From positions 1 through 64,000 of the forward strand of contig CAVTET010000005.1 of the NCBI GenBank assembly GCA_963733675.1: a stretch of DNA of 64,000 nt, written 5' to 3'. The notes under the pieces were generated by a model. That model was not told the origin of the DNA, did not search any database, and saw only the letters and a program-made list of their open reading frames with translations. A program made the position numbers and the translations under genes. This DNA is from an uncultured Methanosarcinaceae archaeon. GTDB lineage: Archaea; Halobacteriota; Methanosarcinia; Methanosarcinales; Methanosarcinaceae. Of the stretch, positions 1 to 11,247 are shown in pieces. Numbering within the stretch: the stretch's first letter is position 1; each line of letters opens with the position of its first letter.

Positions 1-1
1 A

Positions 2-421
2 AAATTATACCCGGATGTAACAAATTATCTTAAAATAATAAGTCAAAAAGGCTTCAATAAACTCGAAGTTAGAACTGAAGCAGGAAGGCTTTTCAAATTT
101 GATAAACCTTCAGCAGAAACTGAAGAGAAATACAACGCGCAGAAAGGTAACATTGAGCGTGAATGCAAGAATCTTCCAGTTCAAGGTCTTTGTGCTGATA
201 TGCTGAAAATAGCCATGGGTAACCTTTTCTTAATCCTTGAGTCTAGAGGAGTGAAACTCGTTAATTGTGTCCATGATGAGCTTGTTTTTGAATGTAAGAC
301 GGAAGAAGCTGAAGAAGTAGCAGCAATTGTAAAAACTGAAATGGAGCAAGCTGGGGCGCGATTTTTGACAGATCTTCCATGTATCGCAGAAGTCAAAGTA
401 AGTGATACTTGGGAAAAATGA
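2..421 (+). CDS. polA: Family A DNA polymerase, C-terminal part (5' end outside window)
   Basis: Frame open from base 2: ...ERECKNLPVQGLCADMLKIAM...VNCVHDELVFEC; PolA N-x-P-x-QG-x-x-AD motif and motif C VHDEL. Confidence 0.9.
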   Translation, partial: KLYPDVTNYLKIISQKGFNKLEVRTEAGRLFKFDKPSAETEEKYNAQKGNIERECKNLPVQGLCADMLKIAMGNLFLILESRGVKLVNCVHDELVFECKTEEAEEVAAIVKTEMEQAGARFLTDLPCIAEVKVSDTWEK

Positions 422-455
422 ATTATTATCTATTATTTTTAATTCTTTTTTTTTG

Positions 456-560
456 CACCTTATCCGGATAGGATGTGTAGTCTCATCTAATTCAGTAAAA
501 CACTCTCAATTGATTACTGGATTAGGTAACAAAAATGACTGTATCTACCTAATCTGGTAA
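456..560. repeat. Four imperfect ~15-bp repeats just downstream of polA
   Basis: caccttatccggata 456-470, catctaattcagtaa 484-498, inverted ttactggattaggta 514-528, tacctaatctggtaa 546-560; ~30-bp spacing. Confidence 0.55.
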
Positions 561-883
561 ACAAACACAATTCTTAGTCTAAATTTGAATATCTTATAGG
601 AATACACGAAGAAGATAGATAAATATAGATCTTTTATTTTTTGTTAATTAGTCTATGGCTATTGTTTTTATTTTCCTTTTTGCTTATATTACTCGTTTTA
701 TTCTATTCGATTTCTAAAATTTTCCCAGTTTTAATTTCTTCAATCGAAATCTTCTCCATAGCCAACTATTCAAATATCAAAATGTCATCCTTTACCATTA
801 CCATTATCAAGTAATGATAAATTATAAATAGTAACAAATAGTATACAATAGCGTAGTTTCTTGGAAATTTACGGGCTAATAGA

Positions 884-1117
884 TTGGGTAATATGAAAGA
901 TGGTAAAACAAGATTTCAACAACAATTTACAGAAGATATGTTCCTGAGTGCTCTATCAATTGACAGTATTAAGTCCACTACAACTATTATGAGTTTAGTA
1001 GGGTGCAGCAGGTCCACTGCTAAAATCATGATTTATAAGCTTGTAAATGAAGGCAAAGTAAAAAAAATAGAAATTGAAGGCGATGGTTATGGTTGGCAGA
1101 AAATTGCAGGTGATTAA
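884..1117 (+). CDS. Small winged-HTH DNA-binding protein
   Basis: STTTIMSLVGCSRSTAKIMIYKLVNEGKVKK plus beta-wing pattern. Confidence 0.6.
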   Translation: MGNMKDGKTRFQQQFTEDMFLSALSIDSIKSTTTIMSLVGCSRSTAKIMIYKLVNEGKVKKIEIEGDGYGWQKIAGD

Positions 1118-1513
1118 ATGAGTTTTATTGACAACAGTAATCAAGAGTTTGATCCAAAAATTTCATTAAAATTAACGCCCGAATTGAAAGAAGATTATCT
1201 CCAAGATCTTCCGTTTAAATTGGAAGAATGTACGGTAGAATCTTGGAAAGTCATAAGTGTACCCAATGAAAACTGTGGCTCATCAATCGAGAAACCGTGC
1301 TTATTATATACTCCGGTACTTCTTGATAAAGAAGGAAACCGTAGATATTTAACGTTCTGCGAAGAAACACTACAAGATCAAACAGCTGCGCTTGATCAAC
1401 CACCTAATAATATGTATAAATTGGATTGCACTATAGTCGATGAAGATGGTAATAGAGAAGTAAAACCTTTTTTTTTGCAGATTGAAACAGATGATCATGG
1501 AGATCAGTTATAG
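1118..1513 (+). CDS. Acidic hypothetical protein
   Basis: 131-aa ORF abutting the upstream stop (TAAATG); no recognised motif. Confidence 0.55.
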   Translation: MSFIDNSNQEFDPKISLKLTPELKEDYLQDLPFKLEECTVESWKVISVPNENCGSSIEKPCLLYTPVLLDKEGNRRYLTFCEETLQDQTAALDQPPNNMYKLDCTIVDEDGNREVKPFFLQIETDDHGDQL

Positions 1514-1693
1514 TCATTTAACTGACAAGTTGTTAAATAATTTGTTATAAATTATCTCTATCCTATTGAGAAAGAACGGAAATCGGTCAACATCTTCCAT
1601 ACTATTTTAATATGTTTGTATAGTTTTCTATAATAACGGGATAAAAATTCATATTCCGATCTAAAAAGCTACGTGACTATTTCCATAAATATT

Positions 1694-1804
1694 ATTTATA
1701 TAATTTTAAAGTAATAAAAGTCTGTGAAAAATATCTCGGAGATGCTCCCGGTTTTTTGGCAGTAAAATTATGGGATTTAGTTTTTGTCCAAAAAACGACT
1801 TAAT
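1694..1804 (+). promoter_or_regulatory. Conserved non-coding block upstream of TerS-like gene
   Basis: Aligns by eye with the reverse complement of 62783-62893 (shared tgaaaaatatc, tggcagtaaaat, gacttaat). Confidence 0.6.
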
Positions 1805-1999
1805 ATAGTCTCATTCTGGAGACTTCTATGTGAAATCCTGTGAGAAACCTACCCGACCCAAAAAATGCATAAGATCGCTCCACAATCGTTCAATTTATGA
1901 GTTAATATCCCAAAACTCGGCTCCGTGCATAATTAAACTAAGTAAATATTTAAGATAAGACCGGCATATTATTACAAAGAACTGAAAAACGGTGTAACC

Positions 2000-2422
2000 A
2001 TGGCTCGACCGACTAAAATGACGCCTAATATAACCAAGAAAATTGGTGACAATATTGCTTTGGGACTTTCCTATTCTCTTGCTGCCGAAGCTACCGAAAT
2101 TACGTATCAGACTTTCAATTCCTGGATGAATAGGGGCAAGACAGAGAAATCTGGAAAATATTATCTATTTAATAAACACATTCAAAAGCGGAATGCTGAT
2201 GCCGCAAAAGTTCTCCTGGAACGTCTAAGCAAAGCAGCAGACGCTGGGAATTGTCAAGTTTGTATGTGGGTGCTCGAACGCCGTTTCAGTGACGAATTTG
2301 GAAGGCGGGTCTATAGGAAAACAAATGTTATTTCAGAGAGTATAAATGAAAATGTTGAACTAACAATCAAGGACGGAGATCAAATTAGAAAACAAATTTT
2401 AGCGAAGTTTGATCGGAGTTAG
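2000..2422 (+). CDS. Phage terminase-small-subunit-like HTH protein (copy 1, intact)
   Basis: MARPTKMTP...G....AA....ITYQTFNSWMNRG...WVLERRFSDEFGR pattern of phage TerS-like/HTH proteins; paralogs at 60892 and 62589. Confidence 0.6.
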   Translation: MARPTKMTPNITKKIGDNIALGLSYSLAAEATEITYQTFNSWMNRGKTEKSGKYYLFNKHIQKRNADAAKVLLERLSKAADAGNCQVCMWVLERRFSDEFGRRVYRKTNVISESINENVELTIKDGDQIRKQILAKFDRS

Positions 2423-2525
2423 GAAAGTTACGAGTTATCAGCTGATTATGATTTTTTTATCTGAAACTGAGGTATTTTTAACAGAAAGTTCTTCACTACT
2501 AATTTGATCCTATGGTCAATTGTAG

Positions 2526-2820
2526 TCAGACTTGCCAATATCGCCACCAAGGCTTACTTTTTTCTGCATTCTCCTGAAGCAGTTTAATGTTTAGCATGCT
2601 ATTTTTCTGGATTAAACTTTGAATATGCAAAGCCTATTTGTGCATATTTTCATTTAACTTTTCTATCTTCTTATCCTTTGTATGCAGCTCTCGTCCTTAA
2701 TGCTTATCGAACAGAAAAGTTCTTGGATCCAAGTTTTTAGCTTGCCTATTCTGGCCTGTTGCAGTTCATCATTATCTTTGATTTCATAACTTGAACTCTC
2801 ACTATAATGCTACTCGCCAT
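2526..2820 (-). pseudogene. Degraded coiled-coil protein ending in KPWWRYW (plasmid/MGE type)
   Basis: Minus strand KDKKIEKLNENMHK*ALHIQSLIQKNSMLNIKLLQENAEKSKPWWRYWQV*. Confidence 0.4.
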
Positions 2821-3326
2821 GTAAGAGAAGAGTGATTCTTTCTGCTCCGATCAAATTTTATGAGCAAAAAAAGCCTTTTTACTCTTCTTTACTAAAATTA
2901 ATCCAAATAATCTGTTTTTGTGCCTAGATTTTATCATAATCTATTTATTTAGATTTGTAAATTAACACAAATCATAACAGCTGTGGGAACACTAACTAAA
3001 TGACGATTTTTTAATTTTCTTATTTAATTTCTACTTTTTGAAAGAGGGCATACCCTCTCTATTGCTATCGAATGAAAAAATCTTCCTTACGACTTTCCGT
3101 ATCTTATAAATTATTTATATTCACGACTATACGATTAGATTTTGATCAGAAATTAATCGATGTTAAAAAGCTAACAACTTTTGTGATTATAAATCTATAA
3201 CTATAATACTTTATACAAAAAGTTTAAATACGTTACTACCCTCAAAAAATGTAGATAAACATTCCAGATCTTGTGAATAATGGTCAAATTTTACTAGCTA
3301 ATAATATAGAAAAGGAATTGAAATAC

Positions 3327-3445
3327 ATGATCAATAAACATAGATTGTATTCGATAGCTTTAATTTCAGCAACACGATTTTTATGCTTGTAAGTATAGAA
3401 ACCTCAGCACCATTTGCATATATTACAAACTATGGCGACAATGTT
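3327..3445 (+). pseudogene. 5' remnant of a YVTN beta-propeller surface protein
   Basis: MINKHRLYSIALISAT signal-like start, then APFAYITNYGDN; frameshifted and truncated. Confidence 0.4.
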
Positions 3446-3548
3446 GCTTGATTTTAGACATCAACTGTGTAAGTTCCAGAAGTGTTTTTGCGAAAAAATT
3501 CACATATGAAAGTCATTAGAAAAAAAATCAAAACTTTTAGTGTTAGTT

Positions 3549-4136
3549 TTAACTTTCAGCCAAGCTCTTGTACGTCACTATAACATCCTGGACTGATTCG
3601 AAGATATAGTCTCTACCAATCATTTTTATTATACCATCTCTATCCAGTTCATTCATTACAGGCATAACTACATCGCTTAGTACTAAAGTAATATTCCATT
3701 TTTTCAGTTGAGTATATACCTTTTTGAGTGCCTCTGCCGAAGTGAAATTCACATCGCCGATATTCGAGGCAGAAATACAAAACCATTTAAGTGAAGGAGT
3801 ATTTTTTGCAAGTGCAATTATTTCTTCTGTGAAGCTACTTTCGTTAGCAAAGTAGAGATTTGAGCCAAAACGATAGATCAGCAAACCTTCAACAGCTTGC
3901 TGCTGTTCCACGAGTGAAATTGTCCTCAGACCACCGCCAGCATTTAGAACAAGCAGTAAGTTAAGCGGTCGGTAACTGTGGCGCAAGTGAGCGATGATCG
4001 AGAGCATAATAGCTCTCTCAATGCCCTGTTCAACTCCAATAAATATAACCGTCATAGCTGTTATCAAGGCGCCGACGAATTCAACAGGTCTTTGTCTGTG
4101 AAGAGCAGTCATCCCTTTAATATCGACAAGATGCAA
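3549..4136 (-). pseudogene. SulP/SLC26 anion transporter C-terminal fragment with STAS domain
   Basis: Last TM helices then IYRFGSNLYFAN...DVNFTSAEAL STAS motif; N-terminal transport domain absent. Confidence 0.8.
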
Positions 4137-4448
4137 ACCTCTGCTTACGTAGGATTAAAAATTCGGAGTTGGGCTGATGCTCTGGCTTCTTTCATTGAAT
4201 TTGGGTTATCTGCACTTGTTATTATGATCATTTTATCATCATTTCTTGGAAATCGGCCTTTCTGAATTTCCTTTTTATGAAGATGTTTCAGTGGCTGTCT
4301 ATCCGCCAGGAAGATGCTTCCTGTTTTATGCCAAGGATATAGGATCAAAACCATAAGCTGACATTGAGGCTCAATTGGATTTTGAATATAAAAAAATTGT
4401 TTTTATCCGTATTATTTTTAGGTCGAAAGGGAGAAATCGCATGGAATT

Positions 4449-4916
4449 TCAGATCTCCAGCACTTCAACGGCCAGATCAGCGTTGATGATATAATCGAAG
4501 TTGATTATTTTATCCCATTTCTGCTGGATGAACATAGACTGAAAACATAATCCTATAATCCTTTTTTTTCCTGAATTTCCGAGGACCTTTCTGGCAATTT
4601 CTCTTGCTTTTTCAGGATTTATCCCTGTTTTTGGCATTGCAAGCCCACCGAGCAGGACGATCACGTCAGCATGTGCATCAGTGAGCTCTCCAAGCTGCAT
4701 ACCCTCAGGAGTCATATGGATCAATCTAGCTTTCTCAAAGTCTAGACCGGGGATGAAGGCAAGCTTTCTGTCTCGGACTACAAAACTTAGAAGTTCAGCA
4801 AAGGGAGTGCAGAAACCTGGAGTTCCCACAAAAGTGATCTTTTCTGCTCCTTCTGCAAGGTCCCTAAAATTATTCAGGATACCTCCTACTCCTTGTGAGG
4901 TGTTTATTATTGACAT
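4449..4916 (-). CDS. DUF2124 family methanogen protein
   Basis: FVGTPGFCTPFAELL and LLGGLAMP motifs. Confidence 0.75.
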   Translation of the reverse strand: MSIINTSQGVGGILNNFRDLAEGAEKITFVGTPGFCTPFAELLSFVVRDRKLAFIPGLDFEKARLIHMTPEGMQLGELTDAHADVIVLLGGLAMPKTGINPEKAREIARKVLGNSGKKRIIGLCFQSMFIQQKWDKIINFDYIINADLAVEVLEI

Positions 4917-5513
4917 AAAAATGTTCTCCTTATTGAGGTTTCATTAAACTCCTATTTTTGAGTACTCTCTGTAGCATTATATATTTCTATTATAATATTG
5001 AGGCTATTCCCTCAAATAAGTTTAGTTGATGAGCTCATCCCAAAACAAAGGCAAGACATTATTGTTCATAGATATTGCACAGATTAGGAAACTGACATGG
5101 AAATATTCCAAAATAATTATGTATTGCCTAGGTTATTTAGTAGCGGGCACTAAATGTTTTTTGCATTCAGTTTATTGCTTAGAGTAACCATTCTATTTGG
5201 GATCCGGAACAGCTTTTTTAAGTAGTTCTCATTTTTTATAGGTTAAAAATATTTATATATGACTTAGAATACTAAGCATCGCGATTTTCAGACTTTAATG
5301 TGAGGTCTTTAGTATAAAAATAATATTTTATAGATCTTTTTTTAGATAATTTTGTGTCTGAGCTGAATACAAATGAAGTAGTCTTATACCTAGTTTCTGG
5401 ATTCGTTTTTAAACTTTTTGGTAGATTTCTTTATCATAGACAGGCTCAAGGTAGTCATTTTTTCATAGTTTATAGAGATCGTTTTTATTGTTTAGGGAGT
5501 TCTCTCTAGGTCT

Positions 5514-6098
5514 TCACTCATCTTTCGCCTCGTAGCAAGGGATGCAGACTATTTTTTCATTTTTCACTCTTCCCAGAGATTCCATAAAACCTTCTCCACA
5601 TTTGCTACAAATCAGAGTAGTGTAAATTATGGCTTTTTCCGGAGGCTTTATTTTCACTTCCCTGACGCAGAAAAGGTTTTCCTCTAGCATTTCTAAGATC
5701 CTTTGGCTTTTTGCTTCGTGTAAGGCTCGAAACTCCTTTGTCTCCTCTGGGCTTGCAGTTTCACTCCTCATTTTTGCGAAGAGTGCGACATGCTTTTCAT
5801 CCTGCGAAAGCACCTCGGGTTTCAAGGAAATCCTGATAGCCTTTTTATCACCTCTTTTGAAATATGTATAAACATGCTTCCCATAATCTTTAAAAACAAG
5901 ATTTCCTTTTCCGCAAGTACAGCCATTTATTACTTGAATAGCATCAATAGTACATGATCTGTTTTCGACAATTGCAACTAATTCTTCGTCTTTGCTCCGG
6001 TCTCTAAAGTGATTGGCAGCTAATAATGCTACTCTATAACCAATTGAAAGCCCTGGACAGGCATGCCCATGAAATTGTACAACAGTATTGAAATTCAA
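5514..6098 (-). CDS. fmdE: FmdE/FwdE family protein with C-terminal zinc finger
   Basis: FHGHACPGLSIGYR, CTIDAIQVINGCTCGKGN, CSKCGE...CIPC. Confidence 0.9.
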   Translation of the reverse strand: MNFNTVVQFHGHACPGLSIGYRVALLAANHFRDRSKDEELVAIVENRSCTIDAIQVINGCTCGKGNLVFKDYGKHVYTYFKRGDKKAIRISLKPEVLSQDEKHVALFAKMRSETASPEETKEFRALHEAKSQRILEMLEENLFCVREVKIKPPEKAIIYTTLICSKCGEGFMESLGRVKNEKIVCIPCYEAKDE

Positions 6099-6499
6099 AT
6101 TTTTAACTCCTACTTCAGTTGATTTTCCTATTGATATGGTTAATTTTTATAAATTTGTTTCTTATTATCTAAATACCATTTGCCCAGGTAGAGTTATTCG
6201 TGATGATAATGCTATAGTTGGTCAGAAATCTCCTACTGAAAAGTACATAGGAATATCTATCGAGGAAACTATCAAACGATTAAGTACTTACTCAAAAATT
6301 GGTTTATAGATAGAAAGATTTCAAGAGATATTTTATAGGTCAGGCTATAATAAGGTACTTGAGAGAAAACGATGTACTCAGCTCAATTTTTTAAGCTGTT
6401 CTTGAGCCTGATTCCCTGAATGTTTGAAATTACCATAGCTTTCTATTAATTGTTAGAACAATATGTCGATTTTATTGTCATAACTTTCTTGCATTACTT

Positions 6500-6960
6500 A
6501 TACCTTGGAATAATGCATAGGTATTTTTGAGAGAGTCTTGCTACTTTTTTTGATTGATTTCATCACCATAGCTATGGTGATGGACAACACCGGCTTCCCA
6601 AGACCCAGAGTCGTGGGACATAGCATTGCTAGCAAGAGTTGCAGTACTGTTGAGCTTGTTAACGGTAGCCGAATCTTTCGGGCTAAATATATCGGGATGA
6701 GCCACTCGGTACTCACCAGCAACGCAGGCTGCATGCATTTGTCTTTGAAATGCTGATCTTAGAAAGTATGTTCACGATACTTGTGGTGAGAGAGAAGGGT
6801 TATTTTTTAGGAGTCTATTCCCAGCAAAACACTCATGACAGCTATATATGCCGATATGGTCGTAACTTTTGCCATCTCAACTTTGGGATTCTAGGCCTGA
6901 TATCGATAGCTGTTAATTTCATACTGATGACGATATATGGTATTTTGCATTTACCTTGAT
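6500..6960 (+). pseudogene. Remnant of P-type H+-ATPase C-terminal membrane region
   Basis: LLFLIDFITIAMVMDN and FTILVVREKGYF fragments in different frames. Confidence 0.4.
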
Positions 6961-7036
6961 TATTAATGACATTGTGAAGGTCAGAATATTGAAATAATTT
7001 ATAATTTGTTAGAAAATTATTTATAATACATCTCCT

Positions 7037-7585
7037 ATGTATAACTTGATGGTCAATAGAGTTAAGCGTAGAGTATCCTGCTTCCCAAAAGCTACTTATT
7101 ATAAACCCAGGGAAGTTCCATTCTGTGAACTCGAAACTATCAACTTATCCATCGAAAATCTTGAAGCCCTTCGTCTTTGCGATCTCCTCAATATCGAGCA
7201 GAACGAAGCCGCTGAAATGATGGGTGTATCCAGGAAAACCTTCTGGAACGACTTGCAAAAAGCCAGAATGAAGGTAGTTGATGCTCTTGTCAATGGCAAA
7301 GCAATTGAGATTTCTGGTGGAGTGTACATAAATAGTGGCGAGTGCAAGATCGACTTCCTCTGCAAAGGATGTGAACATGAGTGGGAATCACAATGCTGTG
7401 AGGAACGCCCCACAATCTGTCCCAAGTGCGGTTCCGGCATTATTTACCGAATCGGTGGCGATGGAAAAGGGAAAAGATTTATTAAGAACAATTACTGCTG
7501 TCCCAAAAACAAAGGAAAAGCAGTGGTAAATACTAAAGCAGGAAGTTTAAGAAATGACAAAAATTGCAATACCATCAATGAATAA
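7037..7585 (+). CDS. DUF134 HTH protein with C-terminal Zn ribbon
   Basis: LEALRLCDLLNIEQNEAAEMMGVSRKTF...ALVNGKAIEISGG; CKGC...CPKCGS. Confidence 0.85.
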   Translation: MYNLMVNRVKRRVSCFPKATYYKPREVPFCELETINLSIENLEALRLCDLLNIEQNEAAEMMGVSRKTFWNDLQKARMKVVDALVNGKAIEISGGVYINSGECKIDFLCKGCEHEWESQCCEERPTICPKCGSGIIYRIGGDGKGKRFIKNNYCCPKNKGKAVVNTKAGSLRNDKNCNTINE

Positions 7586-7928
7586 CAGTGGACTAGAGGC
7601 TGATGTATGTGCCCACTTCGGTTCATGCGAATATTTTACCGTTGTAGATGTACAGGCCCAAGGTATTACAGACATTGAGACAATAAGCAATATATCTCCT
7701 AATGGCGAGCACAACTGTGCTGCACCTTCGATAATCTTGAAATCTAATAATATCGAGACAGTACTCGTCTCGGGCATCGGTGGAAGGCCATTAATATCTC
7801 TGGTTGAAAATGAAATAAAAGTATTTGCCGGAGCTGTGGGTAAGGTTTCCGATGCGCTTCAGGACTATAACAATGGGATGCTGCAGGAATTATCTACAAA
7901 TGGCACTTGTAACTGCTCTCATCACTAG
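7554..7928 (+). CDS. NifB/NifX-family cofactor-binding protein
   Basis: KIAIP...AHFGSCEYFTVV...SGIGGRP. Confidence 0.85.
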   Translation: MTKIAIPSMNNSGLEADVCAHFGSCEYFTVVDVQAQGITDIETISNISPNGEHNCAAPSIILKSNNIETVLVSGIGGRPLISLVENEIKVFAGAVGKVSDALQDYNNGMLQELSTNGTCNCSHH

Positions 7929-8294
7929 AGTGAGATTCAGTGATATTTGTAGGAATCATTTGATTCTGCAAGATCAAGGGTTTAGCGCTATAACACCTAG
8001 GAAAAAATCTAAGGACAGCAAAATTGGGATATTTAATAGTATCGGGACTGGTGCAGTTGAACTGAAAACTCAGCATCATTAAATTTTTAAGTGTTTGACA
8101 TACTAATTCAAACAACATCGATTTATGTTATTGATTTTGTTGTTCAAGTGTGTAAATCCTAAGTATATTGCATCAATAATTTAGTATTAAAATCTGTGTT
8201 CTATTACTATTGTATATTGAAATGATTCTTTTGTGTCTAGGTGAGATGTGGTATCCAAATCCCAATAAAATTTTTAAAAAGCGGAGCTGAAAAT

Positions 8295-8984
8295 ATGGAT
8301 ATAAAAGAGATAAACAGCTATGGTCAGGAACTAGTGGAATGCCTTAAACTCACAACGTCTCCAGTTGCAGTAAAGCTGATCCATAAAGGAGAAGAAGTTC
8401 CCGAGGGAATCGAAAAGGTAGATGAGTCTATGAGGCACTGCCAGCTGGTTGATAGAGTACGAAGAACAGGTGAGGAGTTCTATACACTTGGCGAAGATCA
8501 AATGTGCAAAGGTGGAGCTGGTGCAATGGGCATTGGGGAAGTGCCTGCAAAAGTAGCAAGTGGGGAATTTTACTACAAAGGACTCAAACAGTTCAGCACC
8601 CAAGGTGCTGCAATTCGGACAGTTTCCATGGTTCCTAAGCTTCCTCCCAATTCAACGGAGGCTGTCTTGTACTCTCCTCTGGAAAAAACATCATTTACTC
8701 CGGATGTTGTTGTGGTCATCTGCAACCCTAGACAAATCATGTTACTTACACAAGCTTTTATGTACAAGATTGGAGGCAGGCTTGAAGCTAGTTTCGCAGG
8801 AAAGCAGAGTTTATGTTCTGACGGTGTTGTGCAGGCGTATAAGGAAGGTAAAATAGGAGTAACAGTCGGTTGCAGTGGTAGCCGGTCTTACACCAAAATC
8901 GCCGACGAAGAGATGATAATGGGGATCCCTGTTGAACTTCTAGCTGATGTTGTTTTTGGCCTCAAGGAAATATGTCCTAAATAA
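8295..8984 (+). CDS. DUF169 family Cys-rich protein
   Basis: SPVAVKL, RHCQ, CKGGA, GCSGSR; likely start ATG 8295. Confidence 0.8.
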   Translation: MDIKEINSYGQELVECLKLTTSPVAVKLIHKGEEVPEGIEKVDESMRHCQLVDRVRRTGEEFYTLGEDQMCKGGAGAMGIGEVPAKVASGEFYYKGLKQFSTQGAAIRTVSMVPKLPPNSTEAVLYSPLEKTSFTPDVVVVICNPRQIMLLTQAFMYKIGGRLEASFAGKQSLCSDGVVQAYKEGKIGVTVGCSGSRSYTKIADEEMIMGIPVELLADVVFGLKEICPK

Positions 8985-9290
8985 AATTTAAAACTTGAGT
9001 CTTCTCTTTAAATCGAAAATTTTACATGTTTAAGTTATTTCATCGTGTTTTTATTGATTTTACAAAAATTCACACCATATTACCTGAATATCTGATGGTT
9101 TTTGAAAGAACGTAGGAGAATCTGTCAAATTAAAGCTCGTATGCAGTTGTTATCCCAACATATAAAACTTATTGATTATTTATGGTGCCATCAACTTGGA
9201 GCAATTACTTACAATTTTTTAATATATTCTCAGGCAGGAACAACCAGCCATCATAATGTTATTGCAGTTCATAATTACGGAGGAAAAGTC

Positions 9291-10949
9291 GTGCCTGTAT
9301 TAATTAACATTAAGAATTTAACCGTAGATATCGATGGTCTCAAGGTGCTGAAAAATGTAAATTTAAGCATTAATGAGGGAGAAATTGTCGGAGTTCTCGG
9401 AAAAAGCGGATCAGGTAAAACAATCCTGATGCATGTGTTGCGTGGGACTGAGTCTTTTGAAAATATCTCAGGCGAAGTTATTTATCATCTGGCTCGTTGC
9501 AAGAATTGCAGATACATAGATTGCCCCAGCAAGACAGATCAGAAATGTCCTGTATGTGGAGAGACGCTTGAAGTTTTCGACGTCGATTTCATAAAACTTT
9601 CTCCTTATGACCCGATAAGGAAAGATATCACTAAAAGAATTGCGATCATGCTCCAGCGTACCTTTGCTCTTTATGGAGATGAAAGAGTTATTGTAAATGT
9701 TATAAACTCCTTAAATGAAATTGAGTACCTGGGTCAAGATTCCATAAAAAAAGCGGTTGAACTGCTGGAAGAAGTACATTTGAGCCACCGTATGATGCAT
9801 ATTGCAAGAGAACTTTCAGGTGGAGAAAAACAGAGAGTTGTACTTGCAAGACAACTTGTAAGAAATCCCTTGCTCCTGTTAGCTGATGAGCCTACAGGTA
9901 CCCTTGATCCAATGACTGCTAAACTGGTCCATGATGTTATGATTAAGGTAGTGAGAAATTATAATATGAGTATGGTCCTCACATCTCACTGGCCTGAAGT
10001 TATCGAGAAGCTCACAGATAAGGCGATTCTTCTTGAAAACGGAGAGGTAGTTCTGGAAGGTAATCCTCTTGAAGTTTCTGCAGTCTTTATGAATAACGCA
10101 TGTGCGGTGAGGCACGAACAAAACACCATGGTTGGTGAGCCGATCATCCGAGTAAGGGACCTCTCGAAACGTTATATCTCTGTAGACCGTGGTGTAGTAA
10201 GAGCTGTGGATGGGATCTCTTTTGATATAAAAGAAGGAGAGATCTTCGGGCTAGTAGGTGTCAGTGGGGCAGGCAAGACTACCACTTCGAAAATTTTGAT
10301 GGGAATTCTACCACCAACTTCTGGAGAAGTTGATGTTCGAGTAGGAGATGAATGGGTTGATATGACAAAGCTGGGAGTCGAAAATAAAGGAAGAGCAACT
10401 AAATACATGGGATTCCTGCACCAGGAATACGGCCTTTATACTCATAGCTCTGTAATAGATAACCTCACTGAATCCATTAGTCTTGATTTACCCTTCGAAC
10501 TTGGTGTCAGAAAAGCTTTAATGACTCTCAAGGCTGCAGGCTTTGAAGAGAATAAGGCAAAAGCTATTTTACCAAAAATGGCTGATGAAATGAGCGAAGG
10601 AGAGCGGCATAGGATTGCACTTGCTCAGGTTCTGATAAAGGAGCCCAAAATCATCATCATGGATGAACCAACTGGAACAATGGATCCAATTACCAAGATA
10701 TCGGTTACGATTTCCATTCTTAAAGCTAGAGAAGAGCTAGGGGAAACTTTCGTTATAGTTTCTCACGACATGGATTTTGTAAACGAGATATGTGACCGCG
10801 TCGCACTTATGCGCGACGGAAAAATTGTAGACATTGGGAAACCTAAAAATATACTTTCCCAGCTTACTGAAGAAGAAAAGATCCAAGCTGATTCAGTTGG
10901 GACTTCTGCACTTGAGGAACAAAATAAAGCACAACCGAGTAAGTTATAA
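9291..10949 (+). CDS. atwA: Methyl-coenzyme M reductase system component A2 (double ABC ATPase with Zn finger)
   Basis: Two Walker A motifs, CKNC...CPVC insert, [14 protein letters not shown]; GTG start after GGAGG. Confidence 0.9.
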   Translation: MPVLINIKNLTVDIDGLKVLKNVNLSINEGEIVGVLGKSGSGKTILMHVLRGTESFENISGEVIYHLARCKNCRYIDCPSKTDQKCPVCGETLEVFDVDFIKLSPYDPIRKDITKRIAIMLQRTFALYGDERVIVNVINSLNEIEYLGQDSIKKAVELLEEVHLSHRMMHIARELSGGEKQRVVLARQLVRNPLLLLADEPTGTLDPMTAKLVHDVMIKVVRNYNMSMVLTSHWPEVIEKLTDKAILLENGEVVLEGNPLEVSAVFMNNACAVRHEQNTMVGEPIIRVRDLSKRYISVDRGVVRAVDGISFDIKEGEIFGLVGVSGAGKTTTSKILMGILPPTSGEVDVRVGDEWVDMTKLGVENKGRATKYMGFLHQEYGLYTHSSVIDNLTESISLDLPFELGVRKALMTLKAAGFEENKAKAILPKMADEMSEGERHRIALAQVLIKEPKIIIMDEPTGTMDPITKISVTISILKAREELGETFVIVSHDMDFVNEICDRVALMRDGKIVDIGKPKNILSQLTEEEKIQADSVGTSALEEQNKAQPSKL

Positions 10950-11247
10950 ATAATTTCGTTTAGATTGTTTGGAGTTTAATCTTACTAGTGTATCGATTTT
11001 AAAATAGCTGCATAATTTGGGAGATAATTAATTTTTCTTTGAATGAATTCAAACATTTAGCTTTTGATTTAGTTTGCAATCGATGTACTAATTCTTCGGT
11101 TCAACTGCATAACACAAATACTGAGGCACTTTGAGTTTGTGAAGTGGTGGAAATGGGAAATGAGAGATCTTTAATTTGTTTATAGGTAGGCAGTTGTTCT
11201 TGAAATTCTAGACAAACTGGGCACTTAAAAAAATGAGGTGATATTAA

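Noticed and set aside
7554-7928. Nitrogenase cluster
   Set aside because: Only a stand-alone NifB/NifX-like domain; no nifHDK genes
9102-9290. N-terminal extension of AtwA in the ORF track
   Set aside because: RBS and ABC-domain start point to GTG at 9291
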